Assembly: GCA_963693365.1 (NCBI GenBank)
Contig: CAVNZM010000003.1
Coordinates: forward strand, 124,001 to 188,000
From: Amoebidium appalachense
Lineage: Eukaryota; Protista; Ichthyosporea
Direction of reading: 5' to 3'
Length of the DNA stretch: 64,000 nt
Shown here piece by piece: positions 50,973 to 64,000 of the stretch. Position 1 is the first letter of the stretch; every line of letters begins with the position of its first letter. The position numbers were made by a program, and so were the translations under genes. The notes under the pieces were generated by a model that saw nothing but the letters and a program-made list of their open reading frames with translations, was not told where the DNA came from and ran no database searches.

Positions 50973-51449
50973 ATAGGCTGCAAGCGTAAGCATTACAGAA
51001 ACTTTTCTGGGCCGTTTTTATAGAAAGTGAACTTGACGGGGGGGGGGGGGGGGGGGGGGGGGAGGGGGGGGAGGGAGGGGGGAACATGGTGCTTTAAACT
51101 CAAACGGGTGCTGTATTTTGTGTCCTGGAAAAGCAAACCGGCCGTGAGGGTGGGCAAGATGTGTTTTTTTCGTGGAGGGGGGGGAGGGAATGGGGATGAG
51201 TGAAATGTAACGTGGGGGGGAGGGGGGGGGGGGGGGAGGGGGGAAGGGGGGGGGCTGGGGAGTTACGGACACTTTACAAGAGGTCCTCAGCAAGTGTAAG
51301 AGGGGGAGGAAGGGGGTATCAGAAAAAGGGAGATCTTGAAGAGAAAAAAAGACGGGGGAAGTGGGGAGGGGGGGGGGGGGGGGGGGAGGAAGCCCACTTT
51401 CAGGTATGAGGGGAGGAAAGAGGGGGAGGGGGGGGGCGGGGGTAGTTGA

Positions 51450-51960
51450 ACCTTGCCTGCACTTGAGCTCTGTTGCTGTATGTGATTATTCTGAATTCAG
51501 CGAAAAATGTAGAAGTGTGTTGCTATCACTATAGCGTCAGATGTGAAGTGTTTAGTATAGAGCGAGTTTTTTCCTCAAGACAAATCTTTACACAATCACG
51601 TGTGCTAGTGACACCAGGTGTGAGTGTGGTTCGTGTTAGCGTGACCGTCTAGTCTAGTAGTTGTTGCCGGTGAATCATTCGCCGGATCGGTTGTCCAGCC
51701 GACCATCTATTTTTGATTGGTTTCTGAGATATTGTTGTTTTCTTTGGCCCCTGCGGATTGGTTGCTTAAATTATTTCGAATCTCCCGCGCGACGCATCCT
51801 CGCCCGTTGTGTTGCGCAGAGCTTCAACAAAAACGGCGCTCACGGCCACTTGAACAGCATGTGCTTTCGCTCGCTTGCTTCTTTCGTTTCGCTCTCTCCA
51901 TTTTTTTTGTAGGCTTGCACTCTCTCAGATCTCTCCTACGGGGCCGAGTCATTCGTAACC
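51450..51960. promoter_or_regulatory. Candidate bidirectional promoter between the TRANK1-like gene and the PPxY-tail gene
   Basis: Repeat-free, CpG-containing island between two divergent genes, with GATTGG (inverted CCAAT) at ~51715 and ~51756. Inferred from layout. Confidence 0.4.
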
Positions 51961-52157
51961 ATGTCTGACACGGTGCTTGCGGTGTTTACGCAAAACCACA
52001 AACTCAACCTTTCGGGGTTGACTGCCCAGGAAATAGGTGTGTACACCCACGGAGAGCTGTTTCATCACTCAAGGTTGCACGATCACATGGGCGGATGTGG
52101 TGACGGAGGGAGGGAGGGAGGGGAAGAGACAGGGAGGTAGGGAAGGGAAGAGCAGCA

Positions 52158-52192
<35 letters not shown>

Positions 52193-52426
52193 GGGGGGGG
52201 AGGAGGAGGAAGGGGGGGAGGGGACGGGGGGAGAGAGAGGGGGACGGGGGGGGGGAGGGAGGGGGGGGAGGGTTAATGAGACAGGCCTGTTGTTTTCATA
52301 CCGAAAAAACTGTTGAAACCCAAAAGATAGGGAGGGGAGTTAAGCAAAGTGAGGAAGGGGGAGGCCTGAACGAGCAAGTGTTACTACTACTAACTCAACC
52401 ACACACCCAAGTGTGCGCACGCCACA

Positions 52427-52505
<79 letters not shown>

Positions 52506-53984
52506 AACACACACTGGATACATGTGTGCGCACACACAGACCGTGTGCGTTCTGCCATCCGTCCCCACATCAACGTGGACAAGGAGAAACCTGTGGACTG
52601 TGGTGGTGGCCTTAACGCCCACCAATTCTCCTTCGACTATGGTGCCTTAAACAACAGCACCTATGGCAAGGTTGCGGGCAGGAGGTGGGTGGCGTAACTC
52701 AGTGTGAGTGGTTGATGGATGGATGATGGGTGGACGTGTGTGTGCGTGTGGGTTGGCGTTTTATTACACAGTGTCGTGTGTGAGCGTGCCTTCCACTCCT
52801 CCTGGATTTGTGGCTAGGACAGATGTTCCTGAGTCTGCCCTCTACCTCCCCCATTTTCCTCTCTGCCCATTCCCTCCACCCCACCGCCCACCCAACTTTG
52901 CTCCCCATTATTGTGAACCTTTTTACATCTTTGCTATCCTCTTCCATGGACTTTATTGCCTGCCCCCTTCCCCCGCCCCCTCCACCCACTTGGGGGGGGG
53001 GGGGGGGGGGGGGGCAGGGGGGAGCGGAGGGGCCAGGGGAGCCTGTGGGGGGGAGGGGGAGAAGGGGGGGGGGGGGGGGGGGAGGTAGGCACAACAGGGA
53101 ACCCTGTGTGCAATCACTGCTTTTCTTCACTCTCCACCGACCAATTTTCGTAACTCGCACCCAACCAACCACGCCCTTTTTATTGACGGCCGCCCCACCA
53201 TCCACTCAGGTTCATATTGGGGATGCTCGCCTCCCTCTACCGTGATGGCATCTACTTCAAGTATGCAAGTGATACCTGCGTTAACATGCGATCGGAAAAC
53301 AACAGAGACGGCCTTGACTCCCTCGTGTTCAAACGTGGCCCCCCACCCACCCACCCCGTCACAGCATGTGCCATGTTCATGACGCGAGATTATGATCTGA
53401 TCTTAATCGATGTGCCCGACAGCGCTCTCACTTTGATCAAGGAGAAGATTGGTGGCCGGTTGCCGATTAAGGAATGGAGACGCCGTAAGGAGGAAAACTG
53501 TTGGGATGTTGACTTTCCGTACGACACATTCCGCCCGTCGCGGGAAAGTTCGCGCCACATTACGGGAGTCATGGCGCAGGCAATAATGGTGGAAGCCATC
53601 GAAGCAGCCGGTTTCCTGTTGTACGGATCTCTCGATCTCTCGACCTCATATTTCGACTACAGAACAAGCATTTTCCTAAGCGCACCACCCCGCCCTACCA
53701 ACCCTACCCCTGCACCCATGCCACCCAACACCCAATACACCCCCCCGCCCAAACCCTACCCTTCCCAAGGACCCCCCTCCCCCTACACCCAGCCATACCC
53801 CTCCCAAATGCCCCCACCCTCCTACCCGCCCGCCTATATCCCTCCTCCGGGTGCAGGGGAATATATGACCCCCACCCACAGTACTTCGTCTATCCCGTCG
53901 GCACCACAGCCATATCCAAATTACGGCGCACCGACCTCGGGACCCCCCCAGTATGGGGAGTCTGGTGTTCCGCCCCCAAAGTAG
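51961..53984 (+). CDS. Uncharacterised 331-aa protein: two internal ~100-aa alpha/beta repeats and a Pro/Tyr-rich PPxY tail; 3 exons
   Basis: Exons 51961-52036, 52540-52684 and 53210-53984 (GT-AG, phases 1 and 2; 996 nt). Internal repeat: FILGMLASLYRDGIYFKYASDTC...LDSLVF versus IMVEAIEAAGFLLYGSLDLS...RTSIF, and KLNLSGLTAQEIDRVRSAI versus DLILIDVPDSALTLIKEKI. The tail contains PPSY, PPAY and PPQY. Confidence 0.8.
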
Positions 53985-54893
53985 AAGGGGTTGCCTATTT
54001 TGGAAGTTGCTGGTAGTAAAGGTGGTGCATTTGAATAAGATAGGTAAAGGAATGTATTGTGGTGATGTTTGTGGCCGTGAGATAGCGGAGTGATGTTATT
54101 TGCTTATCCACCCATAGGTGGTTCTTAGCCCTGAACGATGATCGGAATATATACTGAATATGTTTGTGTGCGAGATAAGTATAGTGCTGTAATATAAACT
54201 TTCGGAGATGTTTTACACCATATATGGAGAATAAGGGTTGAATTAGAATGACGATGTGTAGTATCCAGCGGCGGATTTGGTTTTAGCCAATGGGTATTTA
54301 ATGATTTCTGAAATTCTGGACAGTAAAGTGTGGATGCAGATATAGTGGCAGAAGTGATATAAAATGCAAAAAAGGCATAAAATAATAAACAGATGGCAGG
54401 GGTTACCCCACCTTTAGTTAGCTTCCATGTTTGTGTAGTGGTTTATGTTGTGTTCACAGTATGTGTTCAAGCCTCGACAAGAGATATATGAATCCGTTAC
54501 ACAGGTGAAGCACAATATTGGACTGGGGGGGGGGGGGGAGGGGCAAACACACATACGCATGCACACACCCATTCTCTCTCTCTTCCCTCCCACCCTCGCA
54601 CCCCTTCTTCCTCTCAACTACAGACGTACCGGTGTTTAATAAGCATGCACACGGTGCACACATATACGCAAACACACAAGAACTCGCAATGGTTAAACGC
54701 ACAGGTGCACTCACATCCACCACCAAAGAAACACAAGCCCACACATGCACACGTGCAGGCATGTGTGCGCACACACCGAAGAATACGCTCACATACACAA
54801 AACACACAACCTGAAAGATCTGACTGTCTGGGGCCCTATAAAGTTTCTGAGCAGGCAGCGAAGTGGGGCTTGAGAAGCTGGGAGCTAGAAGGC

Positions 54894-54924
<31 letters not shown>

Positions 54925-54991
54925 CTCTCAGGTCTGTCCGGATCCACAATTGCAGAGGACGCTGGAGGCCACTTGTTCCCCAATTCGTGAG

Positions 54992-55025
<34 letters not shown>

Positions 55026-55641
55026 AGAGATTTAAATTTAGATTGTGGGGGTTTGCGTGTGTGTGTGGGGGGGGGGGGAGGGGGGGGGGGGGGGGATGGC
55101 AGCTTCCCAGTGTTTCAGTTCTTTTGGAAACTTTGTTTCCACTTCCAGCAACTTACTAACTTGTACATGTTAACGTAAGGATATAGTCTCATTCCCCAGA
55201 AGTCATACCACACCGTTGCATTTAGTATTCCGAAGTCGTCCTTTTTGCTACTCATGGGGTATGGGGTGACCAAAAGCCTTTTTGGCGTATCATGCCACCT
55301 AGGCCCGACAAGAAATGCTGTCCGGCATCTGCAGCCCAAGTTGAGCATTCGAACATAAGTGGCCACCCAACTACACCTGTTTTGGACGTAATAAGCTCTC
55401 TGAGAAATAATGTGTGCATGATTGTGGAACGGGTTCATGATCGATAATTTTGAACAGCTGCCAGGCTAGATAATTCTCCAAATTTCTTGGGTGATTCTTG
55501 GGAGAAGAATACTAGAAGGTTCTTGGGAGTTGAAGCCGGGCTGTTTGGGGCATGCAAAGGGCGGAGGGGGAGGAGGGACAAAAAGAAGGAGAGAAAACTA
55601 TAGATGTACGTATAGCCCGTATACCGGGGGCAGGGGGAAAA

Positions 55642-55785
<144 letters not shown>

Positions 55786-58119
55786 GGGGGGGGGGGGGGG
55801 GGGGGGGGGAGAGGGGGGGGGGGGAGGGGGGGGGGGGGGGGGAAGAAGAAAGGGTAAACGGAGAGAGACCTCTCATTCGAATCCCAACTTGGCACGTCAA
55901 TGTACAAATCTCGCGATCTCACAGTCTCAAGACATCTCGTGCATGCTCCCTCCCTTCTCCCCTCCCTCCCCCCCCTCCCCCCTTCTCCCTTTCGATACTA
56001 TTACCTTTCTCTCACTCTCAACCCCCCCCTTTCTCTTTCTATAGACACAGATACGCATACACACGTGCGGGCGCGGCGCCCGCGCGCACACACACACAGT
56101 AACACACACACACACACACACACACAACCCAACGAACTTATAATAATCAAAACAACCAAAAAAATTAGGAATATAGATAGTATTTTTCGTGGGGGTTAAC
56201 GTTCTCATTTGATAGGCCTTTCAGCCAGCAGTGCTGCAGAGAAGGGGAGCAACGGGAGGCTGGGGAAGGAGGGGGGCAGGCCGGGCCCGGGGGGGGGGGG
56301 GGGGGGGGGGGGGAGGGCCGGGCCTGGCGGGCAGGGGGAGGGGGGAGGGGGAGGGTTTTACGTCTGCCCCTATTGCCAAGCATGCAGCTTCTACTCCAGC
56401 TTCTTTTGGGAAACAATTCTACCACTCCAGACTGAGTAAAGCATCTCCAAAGGAGGAGTTGGGGACGAAGGTCTAGGTAATTCACTTCGCAACTCGTGTC
56501 TGGTATCCCTATTGATGGTAGGTGACTCTACTTTCATTCCAAGCTTTCGTCAGGATATGAGATGAAAATAAAAATCCTAAATCCAGAAATCCGGAAATCC
56601 GAAAAATGGAGGTCTCAAATTGGTGGGAGATGGAGGGGGGCGAGATAGAGAGAGAGAAGAGGGGGAGAGAGACAGAGAGAGATGAGGGAACTCGAGAGAG
56701 AGACAGAGAGACAGGGGGGGGGGGGGGGGGGGAGAGAGAGAGAGAGAGAGAGAGGTAGGGGGAGAGAGAGAGAGAGTGTGTGTGTGTGTGTGTGTGTATG
56801 TGTCTGTGTGTATATGCTTGTAAGGGACAGGGAGAACTTCGGAATGTGTTATGGTGTTTGTGTCTGTGAGATGGTGACGTGCTGTAAGGTAGTCTTCTCA
56901 CGCCCTAGGGGATTCTTAGCCATGTGCCGTGTTCTAAATATAAACTGGATTTATAGAAGCGCAAAATTGTGAGACCATTGTCTCGGTGTAGAATGGATTG
57001 AATATATTCAAGTGCCTGAAAAAGGGTCGGATTAGATAGGAACTATGTAGTAGTATCGAGCAGAAGCGCTCGGTTCAGGGAAGCGTATAGAAAACTGATT
57101 ATTTCTGAAAGTCTGGATGGTAAAGTATGGTTGCATATGGCGGAGAAGAAGCCTTATCGGATATGAGTTGCATGAAAAGCATAATATAAAAACAGAAGGT
57201 AGGGGTTAGGTCCACCTTCAGTCGATAGCATCCATGTGTGTACATCTTGTTCAGTAGCCTGTCCTGCGTGTGATCGAGGCTCGACAATAACTTGTCTCAT
57301 AGAGTTCTTACCGTGCTTCTGCCTATAAAGTCATCGGGCCCTTTCTGCAGCAACTGGAATATGGGGCAACCATTAGCCTTCACATGCACATGATGTGCGG
57401 CCTGCATCTGCTTAAAGGCAGGACATGAAGCCTCCGACAACATGCGCTTATAGAGCGGGTCAATGCAAAGTTCCCCCTTTGGGCTATTGCATTGATTGTA
57501 CGGGTTGACGTAAGTGGTCAACCAACTGAACATGTTTGAAATTCAGACACTGGAGACCTTTAGGTTTCAAGCATGTGATTGTGGAAAGGTACCAATATGA
57601 TAAACCCGTTTTAAATGAGTGACGGACATTGGCTGGTTATTATTGGGGTTCGGGCAATGCTGGGCTGTGGGTGGGTGGGTGGGTGGGTATGTGTGGTGTG
57701 GTGGTGGGGTTGGGAAGGGGGGGGGGGGGGGGGGGGGGGGGGGGATTTTTGTTCTTTGTTTTTTTTCTTGGTTGGTGTACATCGCATGCAAATACATCTG
57801 GTTAACACGGAGTCCGTGGTTGTCACGATTTGGTTTTTTTTTTTCTTTTGACAGGATTTATTCGACGGAAAGATATGCCAGTATGCACGGCATACTGAGA
57901 AGACAATAAAAACTTCACGAGTTATCTTTTTTTTTTTGTTTCGGGGAGGGGGGGGAGGGGGGGGTGCATGGGCGAGGGGGGGGGGGAGGGGGGGGGAGGG
58001 GAAGGGAAGGGGGAGGGAGACGGGGAGGGGGGAGGAGGGGGGGGTGCTTGACCGTGGTGTGAGTGTGGGCTAAGGACTAAATTCATGCTCAGTGGCTGAG
58101 TATGAATTTAGTCCTTAGC

Positions 58120-58465
<346 letters not shown>

Positions 58466-58577
58466 ATAGACAAAAAGAGGTCCCCTTGAGCGCCATTATG
58501 CATTAGAATCCGGCACTCAAGTGGTCTGGTATATCGTAGTGGATACCTACACATCCACTTTTCTTGATTGTCAGATA

Positions 58578-58608
<31 letters not shown>

Positions 58609-58706
58609 AAAAAAAAAAAAACGCACACACACAAAGCAAAAAAAAAAACGTGACACACACACACGCTATTTAACAGAAAATCTCGTGCTCATTTTTGACC
58701 TGCGCC

Positions 58707-58751
<45 letters not shown>

Positions 58752-59940
58752 CCCGGGGGCTGGTGGGGGGGGGGGGAGGGGGCAGAGGGGGGAGAGGGGG
58801 GAGGGGGGAGGGGGGGGGGGCTCATGAAGTTTACGGAGAAGATATGTATACCAGTTGTTCTACACATCCTGTTGCAAAAGTATTGTTGGCGAAGTATATT
58901 CTTCCCAGTCACATTTAACACTGTGTTATTCTGATTAGGGCTTTTGCTAATATTAGAGTATGGGTGACCAATGTCAATTGCAACCCTGCAATGCCGTTTT
59001 TTCTGGCAATGGGTATTGCATCGAAAGAGGGACGTGGTCACCCATCAGCACCGTGTCACTGACGTACACAACTAACATCAAGGTTTTCAGGCATTTGATT
59101 GTGGAAGTTTTAATTATTCCATCTAGACCATTGGAAGGGGGCGGCATCGGAGTGACTTCAGGGAAGATGCTCGTATGATCTTTTTTTTGTTTTTTTTGGC
59201 CGGAGGGCCGGGGGGGGGGGGGGGGGGAAGGGTGTGGGCCCCTGGGGGGGGGGGGGGGGGGGGGGGGTGAGTGGGACCCGGAGAGGGGGGAAAGGACCAA
59301 ACAAGGTGCATTGCGCGCGTCATTTACGCTTAGCCCGTTAGGTTCGTTTTCGAAAATCCATGGTCAATATTTGCAGCTCGCCTAGTGTTGTCAAGACTGC
59401 GGTGGGAACTTTCCGAAGCTTTTATCTTGTTCTTACGGAATCATTCCCTCTGCACCCACGGATTGCAGAGCATGCAGGCAGATTAGGATGTACTGCAACA
59501 TACCGGGTTTGAAAAGCCGAGTAACGTATATGAACTGTTAGTGATAACTATTAGTAATTAATTAGTAAATAGTAATTATTAGTAACTATTAGTGATGCGC
59601 CTTATACAGAATAATCCAGCCGTTAATTTCTGCTGCGATTGGGGTATGGGGGGACAAGTAGACTTCACACATACGTGCGGTCTGCAGCGGTTTCAAACCA
59701 GCGCAGGAAGCCCTCGACAACCAACACAAAGAGGTGCAAAGTTTCCCGTTTGGGAAATTGCACTTGTGTATGCACCTTGTCACCCATCTGCACCTGTTTC
59801 AGATGCTAAAACCCAGAAGACAGGTTTTTGCGGCACGTGATTGTGGGAAGATATCATAATAGAGTCTTTGGAAAAGGGACGGGCATTGTTTGGCTGATAG
59901 TGGGGCTCGGGGGATCCCGGGTTGAGGCCTGGGAATGGCC

Positions 59941-59971
<31 letters not shown>

Positions 59972-61394
59972 ATGGATATGTAGAGAGAGATGGAGAGCTG
60001 AAGAGAGAAGCCCCGGGAGAGAGAAAAGAAGAAGAGATGGGGGGGGGGAGAGGGGGGGGAAGTGGAAGGGAGACTGATCTCTTGTTGCAAAGGCACTACA
60101 CGTCTCTCCAGAAACATCTCCCTCTCACTGCCTCCCCTCCCTTCTCAAAATAAACTAAATACTAAGTATACGTATGACGGTGATAAACCCCATGATGGAT
60201 CATCCTTGAAAACAACTAAAAAAGTAGGAATACCACAATCTGAGAGGAAACAATTTGCATCGACCAATAATTCGCGCACAATCTGACTGAATCCCACCTG
60301 CCCCCCCCCCCCCCCCCCCCCCCCATCCCCCCCGCCCTCCTCCCCCCCCCCCCTCCCTCCCCCCCCCCCCTCCCCCCTCCCCGGGGCCTCCTGTTTGTAC
60401 ACAGTTGCTTCACTTCCCCGCTGCCACTTCCCCGCTGGCTGAAAAAATGACCGGGAAGCTGAGGTGTGGGTGTGTGGGATGGGGGCAGGCAAGGGGGCGA
60501 GGGGGGGGGGGGAGGAAGGGAGTTTGCCGACAATAGATATATACCTACCAGTCAATTTTAAAAAATTATGCTATGAACAAAAAAGTATCATTGGTGTAGG
60601 TGTTTTTTTGGCGTGCGAGGACGTATCGTGCTACTGAGGTTTGGGAGTCTGTCGTATGCTACACTGTGGTCCTATTCTGAAGGGTTATGGGTGGGTTACG
60701 GGTCTATGGGGCAACCAAATGCTTGTGCGTGCACCATTTCCCTATAGCACAAGTACTACAAGATGTGCAGTGACACCACCGTTAGTAACCATTGCAACTA
60801 GTAAATGACCTAGTCACCCGCCTGCACCTTTTTGATGACGCCAACAGCCAACATCGAAGTTTTTGGGCGGTTGATTGTGGGACTGTTTACCACTAATAAT
60901 AACTTCTGCACGACTTAGTGTATAAAAACGCAAAGGCTCCGGAAAGATGCAACTGGTGTTTTTTTTTTTTTTTTTTTTTTTTTTTTGGGGGGGGGGGGGG
61001 GAAGATGAGGAATGAGTGGAGATGGAGGGGAGGGAGGGGCGGAGAGGGGGAGGGGGAGGGGGGGGGGGGAGGGGGGCGAAATAAGGTAGATGTTGTGTGC
61101 GCGCTTACTTATGTTTAACTGATAATGACTCGGTATTAATGTAGATGCAGACATCAGGGCAGAGACTTTATGATCGGAAACAAAGGCAGATATAAATGGT
61201 TTAACAGAAGGTAGAGGCTAAATACACCAATTTGATAGCTGTCGTGTGTAATTGAATGCTTCAGTGGTATTTGCACTGTACAGCATGTGACAAAAACTAC
61301 TTCTAAGAAGAGGTTTATAAATCATACTGATTGCCGGTTCAGAACGCAGACATTTTTGGAGTGTTGGTAACCGGAAGAGGGAGGAAGCGGGGCG

Positions 61395-61434
<40 letters not shown>

Positions 61435-62994
61435 CCGTATAATAGAACAATCATGACCGTGATGATGGGACCTGATCAATTTGCAATCGCAGCCTGTGCA
61501 GTTTTTATTTTTATTTTTTATTTATTATTTTTTATTTTTGGCGGGGGGAAGGGGGGGGGGGGGGGGGGGGACACACACACACAAAAGCACATCGATATAA
61601 ACACACGTGTACACACATGCATGACAAACAAAAACACATGCACATATACACTGGCAATCACTGTGCACACATCACATGGACACACACCGTGCACAGACAC
61701 ACAGGCACACATTTTACTTACAAAATGCTACACTCACAACCTAAAACACATACAATGCACGCTAGGTATTGCCCCGTCCCCGTATTGCCCCCCCCACCCT
61801 TCCACCCTACCCCCTCCCCCCGTCGCTCTGGTAATAACATGTGCACAGCCACAGACATACAAGAACACAAAGCACCCTTCCAAACACACACGTGCACACA
61901 CAAGCACACACTACAAAAAAATGGCGCAGACACACGCGCACGCGGCGTACAACACACACATGCACACACACACATACTGCCACACACGCACACACAGTGT
62001 TAACCACAAAGTCCAAAATCTTATATATTCCTCGGGCTCTTTCTGGGAACCCTCTTTAAACTGTTCATATTGGCAAATTTTCCTAGAGAGTCACTTCAGA
62101 AACAAGAAACACATACAAAAGTATACGAAAGAATGGTATTTTCCCCAAACCAATTTAGAAACGTGTGTAGGGAAGACATATACGTGTTGATTTTTACAAT
62201 CTATTTGAGCTTTTTCTATCGATTTTGAGCCTCAATAGAGTTGTTTAGAGCTGGTTAGAGCTGGCGGGCTGCCGACCAAATCAATTAGTGCCGGCCCGAA
62301 GAGGTAAATAATTCAAAGTGGAGCACGGGAGGCTGGGACCCGGGGGGAGGGGGGGGGGAAGGGGGGAGGGGGGAATGGGGCGGGGGTATGAATTGTATTT
62401 GCAAATCACGCATCTTCTGTACGGTTTTTTTTTTTTGAAGGAAAAACCTACCACTGCCATTCTAAGTCATTTGCTGACCGACTAAATTTACGTGTTAAGG
62501 TTGAGCACTAGGACCGTGCCCCATGTAGACTTCATACCACACGGTTGTTTTTCAGAGTTTCAAAAACACTTTGCCATTTCTGCTGCGATTAGGGTGTGGG
62601 GCGACTAGGAGCCCTAACAAGCATGCAACGTGTATGTGGCCTGGGGCTGTGTTGGGATAGAGAAGGCTGCGAAGTGCGCCATGTAGGCGACAGCAGTGAT
62701 TTACATGCGAACGTGGTCACCCAACTGCATTTGTTTCAAAACGTAGAAACTTAATCGAGAGCTTCTATGTGGCTGATTGTGGGTTGCCAAGTTATCATGA
62801 TGTTGCTTCTGGGAAAGGGATAGGCCATGGATGTCTAACACTAGGCTTCGGGAGATAGTCATAAATATCATACCGTCTACGGTAACCATGAATATATACT
62901 AACTACTACATGATACTAGTATTATGTATGTATGATATACATGTATGTGTGTAGGTGTGGTCTCCGTCAGTATACATATCAATATATACTACAG

Positions 62995-63650
<656 letters not shown>

Positions 63651-64000
63651 AGGGAAACATTATAACCGAAAAAGACACGGAAAGTTCTGGGAGTGAGAGA
63701 GACGAGTAGCCTTACGGAGGCGGGAGGGGATACGGCGAGGAGGAAGAGGAAAAGGAGAGGGAGATAGTCCGAGGCCTGAGGACTGAGAAATTGACAGAAG
63801 AAAAGAGAAAGACGGGAGAGCTGAACTTTGACAGAGCTTGAGCGAGCTCTTCATCAAGAGCTAGCACATATTAAAACCTTAAGGAGAGGAGGGGAGGTGG
63901 GAAATGGGAAGGATGATATGATGGTAAGTAAAAACACAACGGGAGATGAGGTGGGGGCACATAAAAACGCTGTGTTGATTGTTTGTTTTTCCGACAGCTT

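Overview
Eukaryotic genomic DNA with spliceosomal introns full of poly-C/poly-G tracts and (CA)n/(GA)n microsatellites; almost all ORFs in the supplied track are repeat artefacts. By hand-splicing I recover four protein genes. (1) An intronless, probably mitochondrion-targeted FASTK/RAP-like helical-repeat gene (minus, 1773 to beyond base 1, one apparent frameshift), with a decayed 5' duplicate near 6.1 kb. (2) A 72-aa NDUFA4/COXFA4-like gene (plus, 10146-10540). (3) A 37-exon, ~3,600-aa TRANK1-like gene (minus, 50100 to 12728): CCCH zinc finger, Q/P-rich disordered region, ankyrin repeats, a ~96-aa RelE/ParE-like segment, UvrD-like SF1 helicase, TPR-like repeats, IQ-like and CxxC tail. (4) A head-to-head 331-aa two-repeat protein with a PPxY-rich tail (plus, 51961-53984). 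The strongest lead is the RelE-toxin-like domain fused to an SF1 helicase plus an RNA-binding CCCH finger, a candidate eukaryotic RNA-sensing, translation-arrest defence protein. Also notable: acceptors preceded by poly-C, (CA)n or poly-A instead of U-rich tracts, two 1-nt frameshifts at G7 runs (probably assembly errors), and intronic minisatellites. All family assignments come from motif recognition by eye; no searches were run and the organism cannot be identified.
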